Shown here piece by piece: positions 50,099 to 61,004 of a stretch of 64,000 nucleotides of DNA. Position numbers and translations under genes: made by a program. Each line of letters starts with the position of its first letter. The first letter of the stretch is position 1. This stretch comes from Bacteroidales bacterium. GTDB lineage: Bacteria; Bacteroidota; Bacteroidia; Bacteroidales; UBA10428. The stretch spans positions 2,795 through 66,794 of the forward strand of contig JAFGRC010000024.1 of NCBI GenBank assembly GCA_016935355.1. Direction: 5' to 3'. The notes under the pieces were generated by a model. It was not told the DNA's origin. It did no database searches and was given only the letters and a program-made list of their open reading frames with translations.

Positions 50099-52312
50099 AT
50101 GGATCGTATCAGGAAATTTGGCACGGCACCTGTTTTCTTTACAGCGATATCAACCATACTGGGGGCCATACTATTCCTAAGGTTCGGATATGCCGTCGGT
50201 ACCCTGGGTTTCTGGGGTGTTGTTCTGATCATCATGCTCGGTCATGCAATAACCATCCCCACTGCCCTTGCCATTTCCGAGATAGCCACCAATAAAAGGG
50301 TTGAAGGCGGAGGCGAGTACTTTATCATTTCAAGGTCATTCGGATTGAACATCGGGGCTACCATCGGTATCGCGCTTTTCCTTTCTCAGGCCATCAGCGT
50401 GGCTTTTTACGTTATCGCATTTACCGAAACCTTCGAGTTCTTCTTCAATTTCATGAAGGACAAGGCTGGTATAAACCTTCCCAGACAGATCATCAGCATA
50501 CCTGTAATGCTGCTGCTTGCCATGATGATCTTAAAAAAAGGTGCAAACCTGGGTGTTAAAACACTTTATCTGGTTGTTGCCGTATTGTTCATTTCTCTTT
50601 TTTTATTCTTTATCGGAAAAACTGCGCACGCCGACCAGTCTTCCTTTAACCTGGCAAACGCCCAGTTCCGCAATACTTTCGATTTTTTTAAGGTTTTTGC
50701 CATTGTCTTTCCGGCATTTACAGGAATGACGGCGGGAGTGGGACTTTCAGGTGACCTTAAAAATCCGTCCAGATCCATTCCGCTCGGCACGACACTTGCG
50801 ACAATTTCCGGAATGATCATTTACTTCTTTGTGATCTACAAACTTGCCCTGTCTGCCAGTCCGGATGACCTTGTGAACAAACAACTGATCATGAGTGAAA
50901 TTGCAGTTGCCGGGATGGTGGTGATACCCCTTGGACTTGCAGCTTCAACAATATCTTCGGCACTCGGTTCCGTGATGGTGGCACCCCGCACGCTTCAGGC
51001 ACTTGCATACGATCATTCCTTTCCGATACCCATCGTGAACCGCTGGCTTGCGCGCTCCAGAAAAACTGATCAGGAGCCCGTCAATGCCTCTTTTGTCACG
51101 TGTTGCATTGCATTGTTGTTTGTCGCTCTGGGAAATGTTAATGCTGTCGCCCAGATCATCTCCATGTTCTTCATGGTCACTTATGGTTCATTATGTCTGA
51201 TCTCATTCCTGAATCATTTCGGTTCTTCACCTGCATATCGGCCTTCATTCAAATCAAAATGGTACCTTTCGCTTACCGGATTTATCGTTTCCGTCTGGAT
51301 CATGTTTAAGATCAATACCGTTTATGCTGTAGTTGCATTTTCCTTAATGACTGCACTATACATTTTTATAAATACTTATCATTCAAAAAGGAAAGGACTG
51401 GTTTCCATTTTTGCAAACACCATCTTCCAGATCAACCGCAACCTTCAGGTTTACCTGCAGAAAAGAGGCAGCCACAAGACCTATACTGAATGGCGCCCGA
51501 GTGCCATCTGTATTTCCAGGTGCTCATTCGAACGCAACAATGCGCTGAAACTCCTCAGCTGGATTTCGTACCGGTATGGATTCGGGACCTACCTTCACCG
51601 CATTGAGGGCTATTATTCAAAAAGCACATACCAGCGGGCCCGTGAGGAGCTGCAAAAATTACTGAAAAATATTAACACTGACAGCTATGTGTACATCGAC
51701 ACCATCATATCACCTTCTTACACAACCGCCGTTGCCCAGGCTATTCAGATACCGGGCATTGCCGGAATGGAAAACAACATGGTTATTTTTGAATTCGATA
51801 AGGAAAAACCGGATGAACTGCCTGCCATTATTGATAATTTCAATCTGGTTAATGCCGGTAATTTTGACGTGTGTATTCTTGCAGCAAGCCACAAACCCAA
51901 GTATTATAAGAACGGTATCCACATATGGATCAAATCGACCGATTCGGAAAATGCCAATCTCATGATCCTGCTGAGCTTTATCATTCTGGGGCATCCCGAC
52001 TGGCATCAGGGGAACATCAGAATCTTTGATATTTGTAAGCAGAAAAATTATAATGAGACCAGTGACCTTATGGATGATCTGATCGAAAGCGGCCGGCTTC
52101 CCATTACCTCAAAGAATGTTGAGATCATCGTCCAGAAAGACGATGTATCCTCCAAAAAGCTGGTCAATACCTATTCCGCCGAAGCCGGATTAACCATCAT
52201 CGGTTTCCGGGAGGAAACCCTGAACCACGAGGGAGAGAAGCTGTTCACCGGATATGATGATCTGGGAGATCTTCTCTTTGTCAATTCCTGCACACAAAAG
52301 ATCATAGATTGA
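50099..52312 (+). CDS. Amino-acid permease / cation-chloride cotransporter (SLC12-like)
   Basis: ILGAILFLR, SEIATN...GGGEYFIISRSFG, FPAFTG, SGDLKNP, WRP cytoplasmic C-domain. Confidence 0.88.
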   Translation: MDRIRKFGTAPVFFTAISTILGAILFLRFGYAVGTLGFWGVVLIIMLGHAITIPTALAISEIATNKRVEGGGEYFIISRSFGLNIGATIGIALFLSQAISVAFYVIAFTETFEFFFNFMKDKAGINLPRQIISIPVMLLLAMMILKKGANLGVKTLYLVVAVLFISLFLFFIGKTAHADQSSFNLANAQFRNTFDFFKVFAIVFPAFTGMTAGVGLSGDLKNPSRSIPLGTTLATISGMIIYFFVIYKLALSASPDDLVNKQLIMSEIAVAGMVVIPLGLAASTISSALGSVMVAPRTLQALAYDHSFPIPIVNRWLARSRKTDQEPVNASFVTCCIALLFVALGNVNAVAQIISMFFMVTYGSLCLISFLNHFGSSPAYRPSFKSKWYLSLTGFIVSVWIMFKINTVYAVVAFSLMTALYIFINTYHSKRKGLVSIFANTIFQINRNLQVYLQKRGSHKTYTEWRPSAICISRCSFERNNALKLLSWISYRYGFGTYLHRIEGYYSKSTYQRAREELQKLLKNINTDSYVYIDTIISPSYTTAVAQAIQIPGIAGMENNMVIFEFDKEKPDELPAIIDNFNLVNAGNFDVCILAASHKPKYYKNGIHIWIKSTDSENANLMILLSFIILGHPDWHQGNIRIFDICKQKNYNETSDLMDDLIESGRLPITSKNVEIIVQKDDVSSKKLVNTYSAEAGLTIIGFREETLNHEGEKLFTGYDDLGDLLFVNSCTQKIID

Positions 52313-52746
52313 AACGCAGATTAAACCGTTTTCTTTACCCTGCAACATTGGTGTTGTTTCTTACTGCAGGCTGCTTCCGGGATAAGGTCTATACCCGGAC
52401 AAATGAAAGTCAGTCCGGGCGAAACAAAAACAATCAGGTTGCACAAAACACTGAAAATACCGCTCTTCAGGTTGTTGAAAACAAAAGTATCGAAAATACC
52501 GGAAGCCAGAACCCGGTAAACCCCGACAGAAAAGTGGAAGATTTTCTGAACAGCAGAATCAGAAGCTGGCGTGACGCAAATGTGCCCTATGCCGATGGTA
52601 AATTGCTGCATGATATTATAGTTGATCACAACTATCAGCATGCTGTTGAAATCGGTACTTCAACGGGCCATTCTGCCATATGGATCGCATGGGCATTGAG
52701 TAAAACAGGGGGCAGACTGATCACCGGAATCTGGCTTCCGTTTTAG
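52309..52746 (+). pseudogene. Truncated lipoprotein O-methyltransferase, paralog of 56196-56858
   Basis: LTAGC lipobox, WRDANVP, EIGTSTGHSAIW; diverges after GGRLIT and stops at the convergent gene. Confidence 0.75.
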
Positions 52747-54086
52747 TGGTAATAGCTTCCTCCGCCTCCTCCAAACCTCGGATTCACAATATTGTTGTAA
52801 ATCGATCCGAATGTATAGCTGATGCCGACACCGCCATCATACCTGAAATTGGTTTCCAGCTCCTTCAACCTCAGGTAAATTTCCTGCTCCGACCGGCCAC
52901 CTTTTGCAAGTTCGATCTGGTTGTGTATGAGCGCTACCCCTCCGTTAACATTCAGTGAAAGCCCCTTAAAGAGTCTTATTCTGATATAACCGTCAAGCTC
53001 AACGCTGTTCTTTCTAAAATCATGCAAATAATTTGATGCTCCCAGGGAAATATTGACCGAACCCCATCTTTGCTCAACATCCAGGGAAATATCAAGCACC
53101 TGCTCAATCAGCTTTTCCTCCACCTGGTCATAAACCGTTGAGTCGACATAATTGTTGTATATAAATCCCAGGCTGTACCTGATCACCAGCTGTCTTTGAT
53201 TGGACTGGGTATACGGGAAAATGTTGTATTCAATCGCCGGTTGCAGTCCTATTTTCAGATTCAGGTTGCTGTAAGTAGATGATGAAGTACGTGCAATCAA
53301 ACCAACCGACCAGTGATCCGCTATACTTTTTACCGTCAGACTGTTAAAACTCCAGGATTTTCTTATCGCTTCGGTCCTGACTTCGACTGTATCCCCCGTT
53401 TCCTCATCTTTTTTTTCACGGATGAATATATTCATATTGAAACTGTGGTTAAAATTGTTCTGCAGTTTCCATTCGGGCGTTACCCTGTTTGCGGATATCC
53501 TGTTGCTCCAGGAATATTCCCGCTCACTTTTTTCCAGACTGAATTCGGGTTCCGTCTCGAGGTCAAAAACCCAGAAGTTCCATTTATCGGCAACCTGTTC
53601 ATGTTCCTCCTGTGTCTCTCCTTCATACCTGATCGATACATTCCTGATGATCGGAGTTTTTGCCACATAGCGCATGAGTCCTGCTGCTATTGTATTGGTG
53701 AGTCCCGTGCGGGTAATGTCCTGGGTATCATCCGGACTGCTGCTATAGGTCAGTGTATCCTTTATGCCTTCAAAATTCTCCTGGCCTGAATAAAACAGTG
53801 TATATTCCGAACCTCCGCTTCCGGTCGATTGTCGCGTAACCTGCAAATAGACCTGAGCCTCACGGACATCCCTGACATAATTGATATAGGGCATTTCTTC
53901 CCGCATGTAATTCATGTCACACGACTGGCAATCCATGAATAAACGTATCGCATTTTTTCGTGTTGTATCCGCATCTGAAACGTCATCCTGCGCAGATACC
54001 AATGCAGTAAAAAACAGTGGTAATATCAGCCAGGCAATGATAACCTTCCCGGCAGCAATCGATAATTTTCTTTTGGTCATAACCAT
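52743..54086 (-). CDS. Predicted outer-membrane beta-barrel protein
   Basis: Signal peptide, N-terminal DCQSCD domain, amphipathic strands, SYTFGSIYNNIVNPRF end. Confidence 0.7.
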   Translation of the reverse strand: MVMTKRKLSIAAGKVIIAWLILPLFFTALVSAQDDVSDADTTRKNAIRLFMDCQSCDMNYMREEMPYINYVRDVREAQVYLQVTRQSTGSGGSEYTLFYSGQENFEGIKDTLTYSSSPDDTQDITRTGLTNTIAAGLMRYVAKTPIIRNVSIRYEGETQEEHEQVADKWNFWVFDLETEPEFSLEKSEREYSWSNRISANRVTPEWKLQNNFNHSFNMNIFIREKKDEETGDTVEVRTEAIRKSWSFNSLTVKSIADHWSVGLIARTSSSTYSNLNLKIGLQPAIEYNIFPYTQSNQRQLVIRYSLGFIYNNYVDSTVYDQVEEKLIEQVLDISLDVEQRWGSVNISLGASNYLHDFRKNSVELDGYIRIRLFKGLSLNVNGGVALIHNQIELAKGGRSEQEIYLRLKELETNFRYDGGVGISYTFGSIYNNIVNPRFGGGGGSYYH

Positions 54087-54347
54087 TTCATTTAAATTAG
54101 TATGGTGTTATGCCTGCTGTAAGAATGGCAGACACCAGAAAATGTTAATATTCCTGCCGTAAATATTCATAAAATATTGAATATCATAAAAGAATTTGAA
54201 CCAATTGACTCACTGGGCATACCAATAACCCTACGCCATTAATATTATGCATAATATGGGTTTACATTATGAGAAACCGGGATTTGGTACATTTTTTTTC
54301 AAAATGATTTTTCAAATCAATACTTTTGACGGCATGATGACGAAAGA

Positions 54348-55349
54348 ATGAAAAACAAAATTGCACTTCAAACGGTCTTCTGGATCATCGTATTGGCTAT
54401 AAATATAGCGTTATGGTACCGCTTTGATGATTTCAGATCGGAATGGCTTGATGAAACCGCCTATATCATTTGTTACGGTTTCGTATTTTATTTCAATGTT
54501 CTGTACCTTTTTCCAAAATACTACAGTACAAAAGGAGAAATTTATTTTCTTTTCAGTATACTGCTGATCCTGTTTTTTACCATAGCAGGACCAATACTCA
54601 ACGGTCTGATTTACTACCTGCTGGGGCACCATCGTATTCGCTGGTTCAGAAGTACTGAAGTTTTTACTCAGTCCCTCTGGTTAATATTGATCTATCTTGC
54701 AGGAACCGTTTATTCCATTCAGGAAATGCTTAACAAGCAAATCAAACGCAATCAGAAAATTACGGAAGAAAAACTGGAAACGGAATTGCAATTGCTTAAA
54801 AACCAGATAAATCCACACTTTCTCTTCAATGCATTGAACAACATCTATTCGCTTTCCTATACGAAATCGGACCGGGCCCCTGAAAGCATTCTGAAACTGT
54901 CCGACATGTTGCGTTATGTAATTGAGGACTGCAGCAAGGATCATGTAACCCTCAACGAAGAAATTGCTTACATCATTAATCTCGTTGATTTTTACAAAAT
55001 GAAGAGCCCTGAAAAAAGAAATATTAAGTTATCCTATAAAGTTGATCACCCCGGCCTATCCATTGCCCCGATGCTTTTTATCCCCTTTGTCGAGAACAGC
55101 TTTAAATACAGTAGGATAGAAGAAGATCCCTCAGGTTTTATTGACATAACACTCAATGAAAACAATAACACGGTTATCTTTGCAATTCAGAATTCAATAT
55201 TTTCAAAAAGAACTATTTTACAGGGTTCCGGACAGGGGATCTCCAATGTAAAACAAAGACTGGATATTATTTATCCACAGCAGCATTCGTTGACAATTGA
55301 GGGTGATGACAAAGCATATTATCTCGAATTGAAAATAGATCTGGTATGA
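54348..55349 (+). CDS. LytS/YehU-family sensor histidine kinase
   Basis: 4 TM, LKNQINPHFLFNALN, PFVENSFKY, GQGISNV. Confidence 0.93.
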   Translation: MKNKIALQTVFWIIVLAINIALWYRFDDFRSEWLDETAYIICYGFVFYFNVLYLFPKYYSTKGEIYFLFSILLILFFTIAGPILNGLIYYLLGHHRIRWFRSTEVFTQSLWLILIYLAGTVYSIQEMLNKQIKRNQKITEEKLETELQLLKNQINPHFLFNALNNIYSLSYTKSDRAPESILKLSDMLRYVIEDCSKDHVTLNEEIAYIINLVDFYKMKSPEKRNIKLSYKVDHPGLSIAPMLFIPFVENSFKYSRIEEDPSGFIDITLNENNNTVIFAIQNSIFSKRTILQGSGQGISNVKQRLDIIYPQQHSLTIEGDDKAYYLELKIDLV

Positions 55350-56077
55350 AATTGAATTGTGCTGTTATTGATGATGAATACCTGGCAAGGCAATATATTA
55401 TAGACTATATAAAAAAGCTGCCTTTTTTAAATCTTGTTGGTGATTATAATTCACCTTTGCTTGTCATTGAAGAAATCAAGCATAACAAAATAGATATTCT
55501 TTTTCTTGACATCCAGATGCCGGATATAACAGGACTGGATTTTCTGAGATCGCTGAATCCCCAGCCCTATATAATCTTCACCACTGCGTACAAAGAATAT
55601 GCTCTTGACGGGTATGAACACAATGTGGTTGATTACCTGCTTAAGCCATTTTCATTCGACCGTTTTCTGAAGGCTGTAAATAAGGTTATCGATAAGATAC
55701 AGCAAGAAACAAAGCAGCCGGCTGGTGATAATAATCATGACATAAATGAGAAACCCCGGATTGAGGATACTTACATGATCATCAGGGCAGACCGGAAACT
55801 CTATAAGATAAATTACGATGATCTGATATACATGGAAGGACAAAAAGCCTATGTTACCTTTCATACAAAAGAAAGAAAAATTACCGCACTGATCACTTTA
55901 AGGGAACTTGAAGATACTTTGCCTGAAGATCTGTTTGTGAGAATACACAAATCATTCATAGTGTCCGTTAAACATATCGATTCACTGGAAGGGAACCTGC
56001 TTGAGATCGACGGTAAGAAGCTTTCTGTCGGTACCAGCTACCGTGGTCGTGTTGAAAAACTGTTCAGAATAAAATGA
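55346..56077 (+). CDS. LytTR-family response regulator
   Basis: VIDDE, FLDIQMP, DYLLKP, FVRIHKSFIV. Confidence 0.95.
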   Translation: MKLNCAVIDDEYLARQYIIDYIKKLPFLNLVGDYNSPLLVIEEIKHNKIDILFLDIQMPDITGLDFLRSLNPQPYIIFTTAYKEYALDGYEHNVVDYLLKPFSFDRFLKAVNKVIDKIQQETKQPAGDNNHDINEKPRIEDTYMIIRADRKLYKINYDDLIYMEGQKAYVTFHTKERKITALITLRELEDTLPEDLFVRIHKSFIVSVKHIDSLEGNLLEIDGKKLSVGTSYRGRVEKLFRIK

Positions 56078-56195
56078 ATTCCTCAGGTCAATACCTGTTA
56101 AAAGTTGTTAAATCTTTAAACCAAAAAGCAGATACTTATATTTATTTTGAATAAGAACATTAGATTTACCATAAAATACAAAAAACAACAGTAAA

Positions 56196-56858
56196 ATGAA
56201 CCTTATTTCCAGTAAAAATATCAGCATCCTGATCATGCTGTTCTTTATTGCTGCCGGCTGTATGCAGGATAATGCCTATACACAGACCGGACAAAGACCT
56301 GCTGTAAATGAAATTGACAGGCAGGTGCAGGATTTTTTAAACAGTAATGCCTACCGCTGGCGTGATATGAATGTTCCGGCAACTGATGGACAGTTGCTGT
56401 ACGACATCATTGTGGAAAATAATTATAAAAACGCCGTTGAAATCGGTACTTCAACGGGCCATTCGGGAATATGGATCGCCTGGGCCCTGAGTAAGACCGG
56501 AGGCAAACTGATCACAATTGAGATCGATGAAAGACGGCACAAAGAAGCTCTTGCCAATTTCGAAAAAGCAGGCGTAGCCGATTATGTTGATGCCCGGCTC
56601 GCCGATGCCCATGAACTTGTGCCACAATTAAAGGGACCTGTGGACTTTGTTTTCAGTGATGCCGATAAAGACTGGTACATCAATTATTTCAAAGCTCTGG
56701 ATCCAAAGCTTGTTGTCGGAGGATGTTTTACAACACACAACGTAAGCAGGAGAAGCAACTTCAATTTTTACAACTATGTCAGCAGTCTGTCCAACTATGA
56801 AACCACGCTGGACACCAGGGGTGGTGGTGTGGCAATAAGTTATAAAATAGCAGATTAA
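56196..56858 (+). CDS. O-methyltransferase (Methyltransf_3 type) with lipoprotein signal
   Basis: FIAAGC lipobox, EIGTSTGHS, ITIEID, FSDADK, HN. Confidence 0.88.
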   Translation: MNLISSKNISILIMLFFIAAGCMQDNAYTQTGQRPAVNEIDRQVQDFLNSNAYRWRDMNVPATDGQLLYDIIVENNYKNAVEIGTSTGHSGIWIAWALSKTGGKLITIEIDERRHKEALANFEKAGVADYVDARLADAHELVPQLKGPVDFVFSDADKDWYINYFKALDPKLVVGGCFTTHNVSRRSNFNFYNYVSSLSNYETTLDTRGGGVAISYKIAD

Positions 56859-56866
56859 AAGGACAG

Positions 56867-58222
56867 ATGGTTGACGGATCGGAAAATCATTTACCGCGTA
56901 AGATAGGTTTATTTTCAGCTTCCAACATCGTTATTGCCAACATGATCGGAGCCGGGATCTTCACAACTTCCGGACTGCTGATGAGTGGACTGAACAATCC
57001 GTGGTTACTGATCACACTGTGGGTGGTTGGCGGCGTTGTTGCCCTGTGCGGAGCCCTTTCCTATGCAGAACTCGGAGCCGCCATGCCTCATGCAGGTGGA
57101 GAATATGTCTTCCTTTCGCGGTTGTACCATCCTGCATTCGGTTTTCTGAGCGGATGGGTCTCTTTTATCGTGGGGTTTTCCGCACCCATAGCCGCCTCAG
57201 CAATCGGATTCAGTGAGTATTTTTTCAGGGCGTTCCCCGGACTTATTGAAGTCGGTACCTCTGGTGTTTTCCTGTCCACCTACCTGAGCAAGATCCTTGC
57301 CATTTTCATTATACTGCTATTTACTTTCATTCATTTACGGGGACTTGAATTCGGTGCAAAAGTACAGAACTACCTTACGCTGTTAAAAGTCGGTCTTATT
57401 GTGGTATTGATTTTCCTGGGTTTGTCATTTGGAAATGGAAATTTCAGCCATTTTTCCATGGGTACCCCGGTCGCTTTTAATTTCAACGCACTCAAAACCA
57501 TGGGACTGTCACTCATGTGGATCATGTTTGCATACAGCGGATGGAATGCCTCGACTTATATCGGCTCCGAAATCACCAACCCGGTCAGGAACCTGCCTCG
57601 CTCACTGTTGTATGGGACCGGTATCGTAATGATCATGTATGTTCTGCTGAACATCATTTTTGTATATGCAACACCCCCTGAAGAAATGAAAGATGTCATA
57701 TCCATCGGGGGACTGACGGTCCGGAATCTGTTTGGAAGCTCAATGGAATTCACTTTCTCACTGCTCATAGCATTTGCATTGTTCTCATCCTTAAGTGCCT
57801 TTATTATAATTGGCCCCAGGGTTTATTATTCCATGGCACTGGACGGATATTTTTTTAAAGTTATGGCAAAAGTTCATCCGAGATTCAACGTGCCTTCAGC
57901 TTCCATCATGTTACAGGCAGGTATTGCGATCATCATGGTCCTCTCAGGAACATTCGACCAGATCCTTACCTATATGGGTTTTTCACTCGGACTATTTCCG
58001 ATATTAGCTGTTGCAGGTGTGTTTAAACTGAGGGCATCGGGAAAGAGCAAGCTGATGCTTCGTGGTTTCCCCTGGCACCTGGTTGTTTATCTGTTTTTTG
58101 GAATCATGATGCTCGTACTTTCATACCTTGAACGCCCCGTCGAGTCTTCCATAGCACTGGCTACTGCAATCGTAGGGATACCTTTATTTTATTTCTTCAA
58201 AAAGAAAAACCACGGTAATTAA
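56867..58222 (+). CDS. APC-family amino-acid permease
   Basis: MIGAGIF, YAELG...GGEY, FAYSGWN, NLPRS. Confidence 0.92.
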   Translation: MVDGSENHLPRKIGLFSASNIVIANMIGAGIFTTSGLLMSGLNNPWLLITLWVVGGVVALCGALSYAELGAAMPHAGGEYVFLSRLYHPAFGFLSGWVSFIVGFSAPIAASAIGFSEYFFRAFPGLIEVGTSGVFLSTYLSKILAIFIILLFTFIHLRGLEFGAKVQNYLTLLKVGLIVVLIFLGLSFGNGNFSHFSMGTPVAFNFNALKTMGLSLMWIMFAYSGWNASTYIGSEITNPVRNLPRSLLYGTGIVMIMYVLLNIIFVYATPPEEMKDVISIGGLTVRNLFGSSMEFTFSLLIAFALFSSLSAFIIIGPRVYYSMALDGYFFKVMAKVHPRFNVPSASIMLQAGIAIIMVLSGTFDQILTYMGFSLGLFPILAVAGVFKLRASGKSKLMLRGFPWHLVVYLFFGIMMLVLSYLERPVESSIALATAIVGIPLFYFFKKKNHGN

Positions 58223-58246
58223 TTACATTTCGTTATTTACAAGAAA

Positions 58247-59191
58247 ATGAACCATGATCATATACTTGTAAAGATTTTGTTTATTATATTTACACAAATT
58301 ACAACCGTGACAGGCAGTAAAATCAACCGGGTGATTCAGATTGGAAGTAAAGAACTCGGTATTCTGGCAGTCATCAGTCTGGGTGTTTTTCTGTTCGTCC
58401 TTTTCTTTCAACCTTTCCCATTTGAATACAGGGATTTTAATGACAGTTTACTGTTTATTGCAGGACTGGGAGGTATTGTTTTTCTCATCCTCTGGATCAC
58501 CAGGATCATATTCTCTTTCCCCTGGAATTCAAGGCAGGATCAAAATCCTGATGACCTGATGCCATCCTATCTTCATGGATTCCTGATCCTGGTCCTCTGT
58601 TCGGTTGCTTTTTTATTCTATCTGCGTTATGTGGGAAAAATACCCGTTACTTTTTATAATGCCTTTAAGGTGGTTTTAATTTGTTTTGTTCCTCCGCTGG
58701 TACTTAGGCTGTATTATACATACAAGCGTCTTGCGCTTCAAAGCAAAATCCTGGAATATGAAAGAGAAAGCCTGCAAGGGCAAATTGAATCTTACAGGGA
58801 AAACAACCTGAACAAAAGAATTGAGTTCATTACCGATAACATCAGGGAAAACCTGATGCTGCTGCCGAGAGATATCGTATGTATCAGATCAGCAGACAAT
58901 TATGTGGAAATCATTCATAAGGAAGAAGAACTTTTTAAAAAGAAACTGATCAGAAATACACTCAGAAATGTTGAACAAATGCTGAAACCCTGGTCGGTTT
59001 TTATCCGTTGTCACCGTACCTGCATTGTAAACATTCTTCATGTACAAAATCTCTATAAAAAGTATAACAACCACCACATTAAGATCAAGGGATATGATGA
59101 AGAGATTCCTGTCTCGCGGCAGTACCTTTTCCGACTTAAAGAAGCCCTGGATAAGGGCCAGGGGCAGATAAAATTCGCCCCCGCCGACTGA
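58247..59191 (+). CDS. Membrane-anchored LytTR DNA-binding protein
   Basis: 4 TM with FFQPF, then SADNYV, RNTL, FIRCHRTCIVN, IPVSR. Confidence 0.85.
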   Translation: MNHDHILVKILFIIFTQITTVTGSKINRVIQIGSKELGILAVISLGVFLFVLFFQPFPFEYRDFNDSLLFIAGLGGIVFLILWITRIIFSFPWNSRQDQNPDDLMPSYLHGFLILVLCSVAFLFYLRYVGKIPVTFYNAFKVVLICFVPPLVLRLYYTYKRLALQSKILEYERESLQGQIESYRENNLNKRIEFITDNIRENLMLLPRDIVCIRSADNYVEIIHKEEELFKKKLIRNTLRNVEQMLKPWSVFIRCHRTCIVNILHVQNLYKKYNNHHIKIKGYDEEIPVSRQYLFRLKEALDKGQGQIKFAPAD

Positions 59192-59322
59192 AACTCGCCT
59201 CCCGTAATCGTTTTATGCCACTTATCAGCCGCTGCTGGTCCCTAAAATTTTCCCGGAACATGTTATGGATATAACTTTATCCCGGATTATGAATTCTTTA
59301 TTTTATTAATTCTTTATTGATC

Positions 59323-60804
59323 ATGAATATATTACTTGTATATCCCAAATTCCCCGATACTTACTGGAGTTTCAAACATGCACTGAAATTCATTTCCAAA
59401 AAATCCCTGAACATTCCGCTCGGACTGATCACTGTTGCTTCAATGTTGCCGGAAACGTGGAATAAGAAACTAACCGATATGAATGTTTCAAAGTTGAAAG
59501 AAAAGGATATTGCATGGGCTGACTTTGTATTCATCAGTGCAATGGCTGTGCAGTCCGCCTCAGTCAGGGAGGTTGTCAGACAATGCATACAATTAAATAC
59601 CAGAATTGTGGCCGGTGGACCATTGTTTACTGAAGAATTTGAACAGTTCCCTGATGTTGATCATCTTGTTCTGAATGAAGCGGAAGTCACACTGCCTTTG
59701 TTTATCAGTGATCTGAACAACGGGGTTTTAAAGAGAATTTACCGGACCGATCAGTTTGCAGATATAACCCAATCACCTGTTCCGGATTATTCACTGCTCA
59801 GCCACCGGCATTATGCAATGGCCGGGATCCAATATTCCCGGGGTTGTCCGTTCGATTGCGAATTCTGTGACATCACTGCTTTGTTCGGACGGCGTGTCCG
59901 GACAAAAACTCCCGCTCAGATCATTGATGAACTCACCTTGATGCATAAATCGGGATGGCGTGGAAGTGTGTTCTTTGTTGATGACAATTTTATTGGACAT
60001 AAAAAGAAAATTAAGACCGAACTTTTACCGGAAATGATCAGATGGATGAAAGCAAATAAACAGCCGTTTATTTTTACTACTGAAGCATCCATAAATCTTG
60101 CGGACGACAAGGAACTTATGGAGATGATGGTCGCTGCCGGTTTCAACAAAGTCTTTGTTGGTATTGAAACACCCGAAGAATTATGTCTGACGGAATGTAA
60201 CAAGTTTCAAAACAACAAGCGGGATATGGTATATAATGTAAAATGCATTCAACAGTCGGGAATGGAGGTCACCGCAGGTTTTATCGTTGGATTTGACAAT
60301 GACCCGGACAATATTTTTCAGCGCCAGGTCGATTTTATTCAGCAGAGCGGCATCATCACTGCGATGGTAGGATTGCTCAATGCACCACGTCTGTCAAAAT
60401 TATACCAGCGTTTGCATGGTGAAGGAAGAATCATTTCGTCATTCTCCGGTGACAACACCGATTATTCCATGAACTTCATCCCCAAAATGGACAGGGAAAC
60501 GCTGATGAAAGGTTACCAGAAGATCATTCACGGGATCTATTCCAGTAAATCCTATTATGACAGGGTGCTGCTGTTCCTGAAAAACTATGATCCGCCCTTC
60601 AAGGCACAACGCAAAATCACATTGAAAAAGCTCTCAGCACTTTTGAAATCCATCCTGATTCTGGGGATCCTGAAAAAAGATCGGCAATACTACTGGAACC
60701 TCTTTTTCTGGGCTCTGTTCAATAAACCGAAATCCTTTCCCCTGGCCGTTACATACAGCATCTACGGTTATCATTTCAGAAAGGTATTCCACAGGGACAT
60801 TTGA
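59323..60804 (+). CDS. B12-binding radical SAM protein (DUF4070 C-terminus)
   Basis: YP.FP.TYWSF, SRGCPFDCEFC, FVDDNF, GIETP. Confidence 0.9.
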   Translation: MNILLVYPKFPDTYWSFKHALKFISKKSLNIPLGLITVASMLPETWNKKLTDMNVSKLKEKDIAWADFVFISAMAVQSASVREVVRQCIQLNTRIVAGGPLFTEEFEQFPDVDHLVLNEAEVTLPLFISDLNNGVLKRIYRTDQFADITQSPVPDYSLLSHRHYAMAGIQYSRGCPFDCEFCDITALFGRRVRTKTPAQIIDELTLMHKSGWRGSVFFVDDNFIGHKKKIKTELLPEMIRWMKANKQPFIFTTEASINLADDKELMEMMVAAGFNKVFVGIETPEELCLTECNKFQNNKRDMVYNVKCIQQSGMEVTAGFIVGFDNDPDNIFQRQVDFIQQSGIITAMVGLLNAPRLSKLYQRLHGEGRIISSFSGDNTDYSMNFIPKMDRETLMKGYQKIIHGIYSSKSYYDRVLLFLKNYDPPFKAQRKITLKKLSALLKSILILGILKKDRQYYWNLFFWALFNKPKSFPLAVTYSIYGYHFRKVFHRDI

Positions 60805-61004
60805 TTCAGCCGTTTTTTTAATAATTGGTTGTATCTGGTATTTTTGTATCCGGAAATCAATCAGACACTTTGGAACCCATACACAGCTGCTGGGCAAAAC
60901 AGACTGCCAAAAACGCAATTTTATACAGGAGCGTGGTCTTTGTGAGAACATTGCATTATATTCGCTGGCAACAACAATGCATCGTTAACCATTATTATCA
61001 TAAC

